Assembly (NCBI GenBank): GCA_964621195.1
Contig: CAZULJ010000004.1
Location: forward strand, 16,620 to 80,619
Reading direction: 5' to 3'
From: an uncultured Candidatus Saccharibacteria bacterium
GTDB taxonomy: Bacteria; Patescibacteriota; Dojkabacteria; SC72
DNA: 64,000 nt
Below the pieces are notes generated by a model that worked only from the letters and a program-made list of their open reading frames with translations, was not told the DNA's origin and did no database searches. Below, piece after piece: positions 39,015 through 49,272 of the stretch. Within the stretch, counting starts at the first letter, position 1; each line of letters opens with the position of its first letter. The position numbers and the translations under genes are program-made.

Positions 39015-40565
39015 TTACCTGTTTGCTACTTTCCTTTCAAATTTCTCTCTGTATTTGAAGTCTTCCTTTCGTACAAAGGTACTGTTTGGAAGATTGTAGA
39101 CAACTACACCAAATACTACTAATACAAACCCAGCAAGTATTCTAGAAGCGGTAGTATCAAAGAGACCTGTCTGTGGTACCTCAGGTTCTGCGATTTCACA
39201 ATCCGCTGTAATATTTGCTGTTGCTGTTATGGCATCAGAATCAACGGGTGTTAATGTTACTGTATTTGCATAAGTGTCAAAGTTATCCTTATCTATCACG
39301 AGCTTATAGTTTAGCACTTTCGATGCTCCTGCGTTTATTGTAAGAGGAGAAGATGAATAATCCCACAAGATTTTACCATCTGCGTATGAGCCTGGAGATG
39401 TAATCGTCGATAACTGTACAAATGAGCTTATAACTTTACTATCAAGAGTATCTTCTACCTTCGTTATTTGCCCTGCACCATCACCCGTGTTCCTGATAGT
39501 TATTGTATATAAAAGTTCTGATTTAGGATCTTCTGTATTCTCATCAATACACTGTTCTACTACAGCCTTACTTATATCCCAATCTGGGTTAGTTTCCTCT
39601 TCCAAAAGAGTGAAGCTAGTACTTACAGCACAAGCAGTACTGGTAGCACCCTTTTTATCTTCCCAACTCAAAGTGAGTGTATGAGAACCTGTAGATAGTT
39701 TACTTCCAGTTTTACTTAGATCTCCCGTAATCAATGATTCCGTAGCCTGTTCAGTAACTTTGAAACATTTTGTAGCACTTGGCGAAGTACACTCTGGAAT
39801 GGCAACACCATCAAGCTTTACAACTATTTTTGACTTATTAATTCCATCTTTATCTTTTGCCTTTACACCAAAAGATATATTGGTTTCATAGGCAATACTA
39901 CCAGTAGGTTTGGTAACCCATTCTCCACCATCGCAAACATTTGCAGGAGTACAGTCATCCTCTGCATAGGGGTTCTTACATTCATCTTTTTTACCGTAGC
40001 ATGGATGACCAGGTTTGTATTCTTCGATAGTGACCGATCCATTGTTGACATTACACATAGCAATATACGCTTTACACGTACCGGAAGCTTTTGCATCGAC
40101 TTGCCCCTGTGTACCACTGGGGAATGTACAGTTTACGCCACAACCATTGCTCCAAGAGTCACAAACACACTTAACAACAGGAGTATCGTCACAAGCTTTT
40201 GTGCCAAATTCTCCTTTACGACCTGCATCTTCACAAGCATCTGCACAGGAGCCTGAATTTGTTGTCACCCAATTTCCATCACAACATTTACATCTCTTTG
40301 CATCACCACAAGCGACAGTACCACACAGCTCTCCATTCTCGTAACAATCCATAAATCCGCTATTGTTTTTACACCATTCGCTATCGTAACAAGCCGCAGT
40401 AGCTGCTGCAGAACATCCAGTACCACCACCACCCGCATCACTATCTGTAGGGTCTAATTGACTCTCTTGATTAACTCTCCATATCAAGAAACCAAGAAGT
40501 GCAGAAAGCAAAACTATTGAAATTGCAAATATGATCTTACTAGTATTTGTTAATCTAACAGCCAT
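39015..40565 (-). CDS. Cys-rich surface protein with DUF11-like repeat domain and C-terminal VPQTG plus hydrophobic anchor
   Basis: N-terminal TM/signal. About 35 Cys in residues 50-260. LLYTITIRNTGDGAGQITKVEDTLDSKV is DUF11-like. The C-terminus is EPEVPQTG followed by a hydrophobic segment and a charged tail. Confidence 0.45.
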   Translation of the reverse strand: MAVRLTNTSKIIFAISIVLLSALLGFLIWRVNQESQLDPTDSDAGGGGTGCSAAATAACYDSEWCKNNSGFMDCYENGELCGTVACGDAKRCKCCDGNWVTTNSGSCADACEDAGRKGEFGTKACDDTPVVKCVCDSWSNGCGVNCTFPSGTQGQVDAKASGTCKAYIAMCNVNNGSVTIEEYKPGHPCYGKKDECKNPYAEDDCTPANVCDGGEWVTKPTGSIAYETNISFGVKAKDKDGINKSKIVVKLDGVAIPECTSPSATKCFKVTEQATESLITGDLSKTGSKLSTGSHTLTLSWEDKKGATSTACAVSTSFTLLEEETNPDWDISKAVVEQCIDENTEDPKSELLYTITIRNTGDGAGQITKVEDTLDSKVISSFVQLSTITSPGSYADGKILWDYSSSPLTINAGASKVLNYKLVIDKDNFDTYANTVTLTPVDSDAITATANITADCEIAEPEVPQTGLFDTTASRILAGFVLVVFGVVVYNLPNSTFVRKEDFKYREKFERKVANR

Positions 40566-40602
40566 TAGAGCAGTAAATAAATTTTTCTATCTTAAAGATA
40601 TA

Positions 40603-41745
40603 CTATCTAAACAGAGTCTGCAACTGGTCAATATTAAATATATCTTTAAGCATTATTCCAATAATTAAAAGTATTAGAAAACCAAAGCTAACATTGATAA
40701 TTATTGCCTCTACCTTCGGATCTAAATCTTTCCTTAGAACACCCTCTATCAAAAGTATAAATGCCCTACCACCATCTAATGCTGGAATAGGTAAAAGATT
40801 CATAATTGCAAGGGAGATAGAAAGATCTGCAACTATACCTAAGAATACAAAGATACCCAAAGTCTTGAAGTAATCTATTACAAAATATATACCCACAGGA
40901 CCACTTACAGTGTTTGATAGAGAGGAATAGTCACCACTCTCCTGTGCTTCGGAGAATAGATTCCCTAATACATAACCGGTTAGTTTTACAACATTGAAGG
41001 AGTGTGCGACGCCAGAGAATATTCTGTTTTCGTTGTAATCAAGATAAACAGCATAGTTATCACCAATATACATCCCTACTTTACCCTCTTCATTTACAGG
41101 TACTAAGAATGTATTACAGACCTCATTCTCAAGCTCACATGCTTCAATCTGTGTATTTGTATTTGCCTTCTCAGCAAGAATCTCTTTTAAATCAGAATAG
41201 TCATCTATACTCTCACCACCAATACTTTTGATGTAACCTTCTTGGTACATACCAGAATCTAAAGCCCCACTATCCTCAGTTAATTGATATGGAAGATCAG
41301 ACACCCTTTCAGAGGTTATCTTTGCCCCTATGGGATTAAACTCTGAATATTCTCTACCGATATTTAATCTCCAGCCACTAGAAGAAAGGAATATTGTATA
41401 GAGAATTATTGCAAGAAGTACATTCATTGTTACACCAGCAAGCATAACAAAGATTTGAGCAAGTTTACTCTTGTTTTTAAGATTGCCCTTATCAGTTCTT
41501 ATCTCCTCTTCTGAGGTAGGATCACCATCTCCTAAAATCTTTACATAGCCACCAAAGGGAAGGATACGAATATTGTAGGTAGTTTCTCCAACCGTTTTCG
41601 AAATGATCTTCGGACCAAAACCTACCGAAAAATCAAAAACTTTTGCACCAACTAGCTTTGCTGCTAAAAAATGCCCTAATTCGTGAACAAAGGTTAGTAA
41701 GCTAATTACCAGTATTAAAAGAAGGATATTGATAATAACGGACAT
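40603..41745 (-). CDS. rseP: RIP metalloprotease RseP (site-2 protease, M50 with PDZ)
   Basis: HELGHFLAAK (HExxH), a central PDZ-like region, and C-terminal LDGG. Confidence 0.8.
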   Translation of the reverse strand: MSVIINILLLILVISLLTFVHELGHFLAAKLVGAKVFDFSVGFGPKIISKTVGETTYNIRILPFGGYVKILGDGDPTSEEEIRTDKGNLKNKSKLAQIFVMLAGVTMNVLLAIILYTIFLSSSGWRLNIGREYSEFNPIGAKITSERVSDLPYQLTEDSGALDSGMYQEGYIKSIGGESIDDYSDLKEILAEKANTNTQIEACELENEVCNTFLVPVNEEGKVGMYIGDNYAVYLDYNENRIFSGVAHSFNVVKLTGYVLGNLFSEAQESGDYSSLSNTVSGPVGIYFVIDYFKTLGIFVFLGIVADLSISLAIMNLLPIPALDGGRAFILLIEGVLRKDLDPKVEAIIINVSFGFLILLIIGIMLKDIFNIDQLQTLFR

Positions 41746-41767
41746 ATATATTTTGGGGCAAGATTAA

Positions 41768-42313
41768 TTAGAAAGTTAAAAGATCTTTCTCTTTTGTATC
41801 TTTTAGCTCTTCGATTTTTGTATTTGCATCCTTAACTACCTTTTCAGCTTCAGCCCTTAGTCTTTCTGCATCATCTTCAGAGAATCCAGATCCTAGGGAT
41901 TCATCAATATCTTTCATAAACTTCTGCCTTACCTGCCTTACCGCAATCCTTGCATCTTCTACCCTATCTTTCATAACTTTTACATAGTCTCTTCTTCTCT
42001 CTTCTGTTAATTCAGGAATTGTAACTCTGATATGATCACCCTCTGAAGACGCCCCAAAACCTAGATTTGCTCCAGAGATTGAACTCACAATGTTATCTAC
42101 TATTGATTTATCCCAAGGTATAACTAAGAGAGATCTTGTATCGGAGGCATTTACATTGGCATAGTTTTTAAGAGGAGCTTCTGTTCCATATGCTTTAACA
42201 GAAATATCCTGTACAAGCTCTGGAGTTGCTCTTCCCGTCCTTATTTGAGAAAGATCTTCTACAAGGTTATCTACACACTTTTGAATATCTACTTTAAATG
42301 TATCTAAATCCAT
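41768..42313 (-). CDS. frr: Ribosome recycling factor
   Basis: 181 aa. LSQIRTGRATPELV... Confidence 0.9.
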   Translation of the reverse strand: MDLDTFKVDIQKCVDNLVEDLSQIRTGRATPELVQDISVKAYGTEAPLKNYANVNASDTRSLLVIPWDKSIVDNIVSSISGANLGFGASSEGDHIRVTIPELTEERRRDYVKVMKDRVEDARIAVRQVRQKFMKDIDESLGSGFSEDDAERLRAEAEKVVKDANTKIEELKDTKEKDLLTF

Positions 42314-42372
42314 TTAGATAAGTGTAACAACTTATAACTATATGATATTTCAATTTCGCTTTAATCTCAAGA

Positions 42373-43089
42373 CTACTTACCAAATTCCCAGATCAGAATT
42401 CTCCTAATCTCTATTGGTTCACCAAGCTTTGAGATAGCTTCATCAAGTAGATTCTTAATAGTTTTGCTTTCATCTTTAAACCATTTCTGATCTAAAAGAC
42501 ATTTCTCTTCATAGAACTTCTTAAGTTTACCCTCTACTATTTTCTCTGCAATATTTGCAGGTTTACCCTCTGCTTCGGCTTCTTTTTGGAAAATGGTTTT
42601 CATTTCTGCCATCTTTTCCTCAGAGACACTTTCTCTTGAAATATATACTGGCTTCATAGCTGCAACTTGAAGTGCTACTTCGTGTACAAAGCTTCTAAAG
42701 TCTTCGTTCCTTGCTACAAAATCTGTCTTACAGGTAGCTTCTACTAATGCGACGAGCTTCTGTTCTTTTCCGTGTACATATGTTTCAATTATGCCCTCAC
42801 CAATAGGAGATGCACAGTCTGGTTCAATTGGTTCATCCCAACCTCTTTCTTTTATTAAAGCTACCGCCTTTTCAAAATCTTTTTCGGACTCTTCAAAAGC
42901 AAGCTTACAAAGACCTATCTTTGCGCCAGTAAGATTGTGTAATCTGTTGATAACATCGCTTCTGCTATTAATATACTCAATAGCCTTTTCCATATCACCA
43001 TCACTTTTAGCCAAAGCTTCTTTACATAAAACCATTCCTGCTGAAGTTTTTGCTCTAAGCAACTTTATATCCTCGATAGATGCTCCCAT
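42373..43089 (-). CDS. tsf: Elongation factor Ts
   Basis: N-terminal UBA-like domain (LRAKTSAGMVLCKEAL) and CKTDFVARNEDF core. Position after rpsB. Confidence 0.75.
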   Translation of the reverse strand: MGASIEDIKLLRAKTSAGMVLCKEALAKSDGDMEKAIEYINSRSDVINRLHNLTGAKIGLCKLAFEESEKDFEKAVALIKERGWDEPIEPDCASPIGEGIIETYVHGKEQKLVALVEATCKTDFVARNEDFRSFVHEVALQVAAMKPVYISRESVSEEKMAEMKTIFQKEAEAEGKPANIAEKIVEGKLKKFYEEKCLLDQKWFKDESKTIKNLLDEAISKLGEPIEIRRILIWEFGK

Positions 43090-43107
43090 TCTAGTAAAAA
43101 ACTCAAG

Positions 43108-44259
43108 TTATTTAATAGCTTTTAAGATATCCTCAACTGCTTTCTCACCTATTCCCTTGATCTCTTTCAAATCACCCTTATCCTTCCCAGTCAAATCTTC
43201 TACAGTATGAAGCCCTGCCTCATGTAAAGCTTTCTCTATTCTTGCGGAAAGTCCCAAATCCTCTATCTTTCTAGAATTTGACTCTGCCTTTACTGCCTCA
43301 GCTGCTGCAAAATCTTCTTCAATATTCTTTTCTCTCTTTACAACCCTTACAACACCTGATGTCTGAACATCAGTTTTTCCCTCTCTCATTGCTTTCATTC
43401 TTAATCTATCTTCCTCTTCCATTTTCTCTTGTCTTTCCCTCTCTTCGAGGAATCTAGCCTTCATATTCTTAAGGTTTGCGCCATGATTTGTTCTAAGCGC
43501 TCTCAAAGATTCAGACTTTTTACCACCCTTTATTACCTCTTCAAAAAGAGATATGAAGAGTGAGATACTCTTAATTGAATCATCGTTAGCAGGTATTGCA
43601 TAATCAACTAGATCAGGATCACAGTTGGTATCTATTAATGCTAAAACTGGAATACCTGCAATGATCGCCTCCTTTATTGCGTTCTTCTCCACCTTACTAT
43701 CAATTACCACAAGCATCTTAGGTAATTCATCCATAAACTTGATACCTTCATATACTTTGTTCATTCTTTCTACTTCTCTTTCCATTAAAAGGACCTCTTT
43801 TTTAACGAGATCTCCGCCACCTGAAGCCAAGGTTTCTTCCATCTTTACAAGAGTTTGAATACTCTTCTTAATATGATCAAAGTTTGTAAAAAGACCACCT
43901 GGCCACCTCTTAGTAACATAGAACGCTCCAGAGGATTTCGCACTGCTCTCTACTAGTCCAGCTGCCTGTCCCTTTGTACCAACAATCAATACGTTCCCCG
44001 TATCTACAACAGAATTAAGCTCAGTAAGAGCCTTCTCTAAAAGTTTTCTTGTCTTTACAAGATCAATTATATGAACTCCATTCCTCGTCTCATAGATGAA
44101 TTTTTTCATCTTAGGATTCCATGCGCTAGCCTTGTGTCCAAAGTGTGCACCTGCCTTGAGGAATGTAATTAATTCTGGAATTTCAACTTTAAGGCTTTTC
44201 TTTTCTGTCTCTGCCTTTGGTTTTGCAACCTTCTGTAAGACATTTTTTGTTTCTTCCAT
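43108..44259 (-). CDS. rpsB: 30S ribosomal protein S2, with about 130-aa C-terminal extension containing an HhH motif
   Basis: The S2 core is LKAGAHFGHKASAWNPKMKKFIY...VIDSKVEKNAIKEA. The extension ends in LGLSARIEKALHEAGLHTVEDLTGKDKGDLKEIKGIGEKAVEDILKAIK. Confidence 0.9.
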   Translation of the reverse strand: MEETKNVLQKVAKPKAETEKKSLKVEIPELITFLKAGAHFGHKASAWNPKMKKFIYETRNGVHIIDLVKTRKLLEKALTELNSVVDTGNVLIVGTKGQAAGLVESSAKSSGAFYVTKRWPGGLFTNFDHIKKSIQTLVKMEETLASGGGDLVKKEVLLMEREVERMNKVYEGIKFMDELPKMLVVIDSKVEKNAIKEAIIAGIPVLALIDTNCDPDLVDYAIPANDDSIKSISLFISLFEEVIKGGKKSESLRALRTNHGANLKNMKARFLEERERQEKMEEEDRLRMKAMREGKTDVQTSGVVRVVKREKNIEEDFAAAEAVKAESNSRKIEDLGLSARIEKALHEAGLHTVEDLTGKDKGDLKEIKGIGEKAVEDILKAIK

Positions 44260-44349
44260 AATTTTTTCCTTTTACACCTATCTCTGTGGGTAGATACTCT
44301 CTATCCAGGAAATACCAGAGATATGTGAGATAAATAAAATACGAACCTG

Positions 44350-44378
44350 ATTATATACATAAAAGAGTCAGATTTCAA
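44350..44378 (-). promoter_or_regulatory. Candidate sigma70-type promoter for rpsB-tsf
   Basis: On the minus strand, TTGAAA-N17-TATAAT lies about 90 nt upstream of the rpsB start. Confidence 0.35.
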
Positions 44379-45003
44379 CCGTACTCCATCCTTTACTACC
44401 TACTACAATGTGATCAAGCAAGGGTATACCAACCAATTCCATTGCAAAGGATATCTTCTTCGTTAATTCTACATCTTCAATACTAGGCGTACAATCACCT
44501 GAAGGGTGGTTATGAGCCATTAATACGAAAGCTGCGTTACAAGAAATTGCTGGATACAAAACATCTCTAGGTTGTACAGATGCACAATTCAAAGATCCAA
44601 TAGCAATTACTTCTCTCAGGATATATTCAAACCTAGAATTGAGACAAAGGATATCAACCCTCTCCTTTTTCAATTTATACATATCCTTAAATATTTCATA
44701 AGCTTCACTTGAAGTCACAACCCTAATTGAGTCCTTTTCAAAGTTACCATATACCCTCCGACCCAGTTCAATACCCGCAATTATCTTCATCGCTAAGATA
44801 TCCCCTACACCCTTAATAGAGGAGAATGTTCTAAGAGATATCTTTTCACCAACCCTATTACTCTCTTGAATCTGCTTAAGTAATAGGTATGAAATCTTTT
44901 TGTAGCTATACCCCTTGATACCACTACCTACAAGAATCTGTAAAAGTTCAATGTCTGAGAGGGAATCTATACCTTTTAGAAGAAATTTTTCTCTAGGTAA
45001 CAT
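44368..45003 (-). CDS. radC: DNA repair protein RadC (JAB/MPN domain)
   Basis: HNHPSG...PS.ED motif. N-terminal HhH region. Confidence 0.85.
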   Translation of the reverse strand: MLPREKFLLKGIDSLSDIELLQILVGSGIKGYSYKKISYLLLKQIQESNRVGEKISLRTFSSIKGVGDILAMKIIAGIELGRRVYGNFEKDSIRVVTSSEAYEIFKDMYKLKKERVDILCLNSRFEYILREVIAIGSLNCASVQPRDVLYPAISCNAAFVLMAHNHPSGDCTPSIEDVELTKKISFAMELVGIPLLDHIVVGSKGWSTVEI

Positions 45004-45039
45004 ATACCTAAAGAATACACGGAGGATGTGAAAGCTAGG

Positions 45040-47187
45040 TTAACTCTTTGTCTTTTTCTTACGAGCAACCTTTTTGATATATTTACAATCGGGATACCCA
45101 CTACAACCTGTGAAAGATCTACCCCATTTACTCCTTCTTTCTACTAAATTCTTACCACACTCTGGACAGACCTCATTTAAAAGTAGAGGGACTGTCCCCT
45201 TACACTCTGGATACTTCTCACATGCCCAGAACTTTCCATACTTACTGTTCTTTAAAAGAAGTTTTGCCCCACAAACAGGACAACTTTCCGGTTTAAAATA
45301 TTTCTTAAAGTCGAGAGATTCTTCACCACCACTAATATCCTTCATACCCTTACACTCAGGGAATCTACTACAGCTTAAGAACTTACCATACCTACCAAGT
45401 CTTACAATCATCTCAGAGTTACACTCTGAACATTTCTCTTCAGATTTGGAGAGTATAACTACATCGTCTTTTTGGACATTCTCGTCTGCTTTCTTAATAT
45501 CAGAAATTAGAGGTTTAAATTCCTTATCTATGAATGGTACATATCGGATTTTCCCCTGAGCGATAAGGTCAAGACCCTCTTCAACTCCAGCGGTATACTT
45601 GTAATCAACTAAGTTTTGGAAGTTACCCTTAAGAAAATGTGTAACCACCCTTCCTATATCTTTTGGTAATAGATATTTGCCCTCCTTTGTAACATAGTCC
45701 CTAGCCTGGATTGTGCCAATGATTGTTGCATATGTAGAAGGCCTACCAATGCCTAAAGATTCCAACTTCTTTACAAGCGAAGCCTCAGTATATCTAGGTT
45801 TTGGTTGAGTAAATTTCTGTTCGTAGAAAAAATTCAATTTATCAAATATATCCCCTTTCTTTACGTTACTAATCTCCTGAATTAACTCCTCACTCTCATT
45901 TCCCCCTCCATAGAGGATTCGGTATCCATCGAAAAGAGTTTTCTGTGCACCTACAGAAAAAACATACTTATGCTTCATTTGCTCAACAGGCTCAAAGTAA
46001 AGAGTCATATTCTCAACCCCCTTCTCCTTCATCTGAGAAGATACCGCTCTTTTCCATATCAGATCGTACAATCTAGCCTCTGCCTCTCCAAATTTCTGCG
46101 AGATAAATTCTTTGGAGATTGAAAAATCGGTTGGTCTAATAGCTTCGTGAGCCTCTTGGGCATTCTTACTTCTGTTTTTGTAATACCTAGGAGATGCGGG
46201 TAAATAGTCATTTCCGAATTTCTTTAATATTGTATCCCTAATCTCTCTTACCGCCTTATCGGCTAGGTAAACAGAGTCTGTTCTCATATATGTAATATAT
46301 CCCGATTGATACAGAGACTGTGCAAGAGCCATAGTTCTTTTTGCAGAGAATCCCAATACATTGTTAGCAGCCTGCTGAAGTGTGGAGGTAGTGTATGGTG
46401 GATATGGATTTTTTTTTACTTCTTTTTTTACAACATCCGTTACTAAGTACTTTGAATTACCAAGGTCACTCTCTAAAACGGTAATCTCCTCCTTTTTTGT
46501 TGGAATATATTTTTTAGAATCTCTTCTTAGTAATTTAATACGTAATTTCTCACCATCTTTTTGGACATCAACAAAAAAATCCCAATATTCATCTGGGATA
46601 AAGGACTCACGCTCCTCTTCTCTTTCTACGACCAGTCTTAAGGCTACAGACTGTACACGTCCAGCAGAAAGGCCATACCAGATCTTTTTCCAAAGTAATT
46701 CCGAAAGTTTGTAACCAAACAATCTATCTAATACACGCCTAGCCTTTTGAGCTTCGACAAGATTTTCATTTACAACGGATGCGTTCCCAATTGCTTCTGT
46801 TATAGCTTCCTTTGTAATTTCGTGGAATGTGACCCTCTTTGCATCTTTCAGAGACAAAGATTCTTTAACATGCCAAGCAATAGCTTCTCCCTCACGATCA
46901 GGGTCCATTGCCAAATATACATTCCCGTCCTTAGGAACAGCCTTTTTCAAATCTTTTATTATCTTACCTTTACCATATATCGTTTCAAAAAGAGGTTGGT
47001 AGTCATTTTCGACATCTACCCCAAGTTTACTCTTAGGTAAATCGATAACATGGCCGACAGTGGCCATAACTTTGTACTCATCCCCCAAATACTTATTTAT
47101 CGTCTTCGCTTTCGCTGGGGACTCTACAATTAATAGATTTTTGTAATTTTGTTCTTTTTTAGCCATAAACGCAGTAAAAATACACAA
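45040..47187 (-). CDS. topA: DNA topoisomerase I with C-terminal Zn-ribbon repeats
   Basis: Toprim N-terminus LLIVESPAKAKTI. Catalytic Tyr region. Three CxxC...CxxC ribbons at the C-terminus. Confidence 0.9.
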   Translation of the reverse strand: MCIFTAFMAKKEQNYKNLLIVESPAKAKTINKYLGDEYKVMATVGHVIDLPKSKLGVDVENDYQPLFETIYGKGKIIKDLKKAVPKDGNVYLAMDPDREGEAIAWHVKESLSLKDAKRVTFHEITKEAITEAIGNASVVNENLVEAQKARRVLDRLFGYKLSELLWKKIWYGLSAGRVQSVALRLVVEREEERESFIPDEYWDFFVDVQKDGEKLRIKLLRRDSKKYIPTKKEEITVLESDLGNSKYLVTDVVKKEVKKNPYPPYTTSTLQQAANNVLGFSAKRTMALAQSLYQSGYITYMRTDSVYLADKAVREIRDTILKKFGNDYLPASPRYYKNRSKNAQEAHEAIRPTDFSISKEFISQKFGEAEARLYDLIWKRAVSSQMKEKGVENMTLYFEPVEQMKHKYVFSVGAQKTLFDGYRILYGGGNESEELIQEISNVKKGDIFDKLNFFYEQKFTQPKPRYTEASLVKKLESLGIGRPSTYATIIGTIQARDYVTKEGKYLLPKDIGRVVTHFLKGNFQNLVDYKYTAGVEEGLDLIAQGKIRYVPFIDKEFKPLISDIKKADENVQKDDVVILSKSEEKCSECNSEMIVRLGRYGKFLSCSRFPECKGMKDISGGEESLDFKKYFKPESCPVCGAKLLLKNSKYGKFWACEKYPECKGTVPLLLNEVCPECGKNLVERRSKWGRSFTGCSGYPDCKYIKKVARKKKTKS

Positions 47188-47248
47188 TGTTTAAATATAT
47201 GTCAAACAAAGACCTCATTCATATTACACTAATTCTATGAAAAATCCC

Positions 47249-49267
47249 TTACTCGACTAAACCTGTCTGTACCATCCATAGAATCATTTCCCTCATTACC
47301 GCAGAAGCATTTGAACTCATACCACCATCTTCTAAAAATATTGAAAAGGAATATTTAGGATTCTCATATGGAAAGAAACCACCAACCCAAGCATGAGTAT
47401 CCTCATATATACCTTTCTCGTTTACCTTACCAAACTCTGCGGTACCTGTTTTTGCTGCGACTGTGACACCAGTTCCAGACAATGAACCAACTATACCTCT
47501 AGAACCGTTTACAGTCTCCCACATACCCTTTCTAACAATCTCCAATGCAGATTTTGATACAATGTTTTCTTCCAATATTTCAAACTCCAATGGATATTCC
47601 AAACCATTCCCATCGACAAGTTTCTTAGCAACATGAGGCGTATACAAGGTACCACCATTGGCAATCGCAGCCATCCAGTTTGACATCTGTATTGGAGTAA
47701 CAAGGGTTATACCCTGGCCAATAACAGAGTTACAGGAATCACCCTCTGGATACCATACGGGCTCCAACCAAGGGCTAGTAGTATTCGCCAACTTTATCTT
47801 GTTCTCTGGGGAGGGTAAACGTCCTTTTGCTTCCCCTGGGATATCAATATTGGTATATTCACCAATACCAAATCTTTCTAAATATGGGACTAATTCATCC
47901 ATATCCCAATCTCGGATCATTTCACAAAAGAAAATATTTGATGACACAGCAAGTGCATCTACGACTGTTAGTGATCCATATACATGCTTTCTAAACTCCT
48001 GGAAGGGAGCCCCATTCGAAAAGGTATATCCCGCCCTACTTACATATACTGTATTTTTAGTAATAGCCTTAGAGTCTAGACCTGCAGCCGCTACGATAGT
48101 TTTAAAGGTTGAGCCTGGTGGCATTTGCGCTGCAAGGGCACGGTTTAGGAGAGGATTCTGTTTGTTTTCCAAAATCTTAGAATACTCCTCCTGGGATATC
48201 CCACCAATAAATAGGTTACCGTCGTAGCTTGGGTAGCTTACAATCGCCAGTATCTCCCCACTATTAACATCCTGAATAACTCCCGCTGCCCCTGCCGCAT
48301 TGTTTTTGGTAACAGCATCTGCAAGTAGTTCATATAATTTAACCTGGGCTTCTTTGTTGATAGTTAAATACAAATTGTTACCTGGTACAGGAGCAGACAC
48401 AAGATATGGCTCCTTTGTTACAGATTTACCAAATGCATCTACTTCCTCGGCCAATTGACCATCTTTACCCCTGAATTCTAAATCGTAATACTTCTCAAGC
48501 CCTGATTTACCAACAATATCTCCGGAAGTAAGAACCTCAGAATTCTCAATATCTTCAGCAGATACCTCACCTGTATATCCAAGTATATGAGTAAAATATT
48601 CACCATATAGATAGTGCCTTTTATTTCCGTTATCAATAAGAACACCAGGCATATCAGCCAACCTTGCTTTTATCTTGATAACAGTATCATTGTCTAAGTC
48701 AGTACTTATTAAGATCTTACTAAAATATGGACTCGAGGCATGTATAGAATAAATACGCTCAGAGATAGACTCGTACACGACCCCCTCTTGTGTGTCCTCT
48801 TTCTTCCAATTCTCACCGACAATACCCCCCAGGGTATCAAGACTCTCCTCTAGCATTTTGTTGTCTAAGCCCCCATCCTCAGTAATATATGGCTCCAAGG
48901 AGAGATACAGGTTCATAGAGGCGACGTTCTCTACCAGCTTGTTCCCGTTTATATCAAAAACTATGCCCCTATCAGCTGAAACTTTTGTAAGCCTAATCTT
49001 GTTCCTAGCAGACCTTTCTGCCATCTCCCCTCCCTGTACAATCTGGAGCTTTGTAATAGAAGATATTAACAAACCGAATGTCACAAAAAATATCAAAAAT
49101 GCATACAAGAAGTTCCAAGGAGATACATCCAACACCTTGCTACCATTTAATAGGCCGTTTGAGACATACTCTTTCAAATTAGGGGACTTCCCACTCTTCC
49201 AATTCGAAGTGGCCTTATTCAGCTTCTTACCATTCAATTTTTTATCAAAATTCAAAGAAGTACCCAT
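47249..49267 (-). CDS. mrdA: Penicillin-binding protein 2 (elongation transpeptidase)
   Basis: STFK, SSN, KTGTA motifs. N-terminal TM. Position after mreBCD. Confidence 0.85.
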   Translation of the reverse strand: MGTSLNFDKKLNGKKLNKATSNWKSGKSPNLKEYVSNGLLNGSKVLDVSPWNFLYAFLIFFVTFGLLISSITKLQIVQGGEMAERSARNKIRLTKVSADRGIVFDINGNKLVENVASMNLYLSLEPYITEDGGLDNKMLEESLDTLGGIVGENWKKEDTQEGVVYESISERIYSIHASSPYFSKILISTDLDNDTVIKIKARLADMPGVLIDNGNKRHYLYGEYFTHILGYTGEVSAEDIENSEVLTSGDIVGKSGLEKYYDLEFRGKDGQLAEEVDAFGKSVTKEPYLVSAPVPGNNLYLTINKEAQVKLYELLADAVTKNNAAGAAGVIQDVNSGEILAIVSYPSYDGNLFIGGISQEEYSKILENKQNPLLNRALAAQMPPGSTFKTIVAAAGLDSKAITKNTVYVSRAGYTFSNGAPFQEFRKHVYGSLTVVDALAVSSNIFFCEMIRDWDMDELVPYLERFGIGEYTNIDIPGEAKGRLPSPENKIKLANTTSPWLEPVWYPEGDSCNSVIGQGITLVTPIQMSNWMAAIANGGTLYTPHVAKKLVDGNGLEYPLEFEILEENIVSKSALEIVRKGMWETVNGSRGIVGSLSGTGVTVAAKTGTAEFGKVNEKGIYEDTHAWVGGFFPYENPKYSFSIFLEDGGMSSNASAVMREMILWMVQTGLVE

Positions 49268-49272
49268 ACTTA

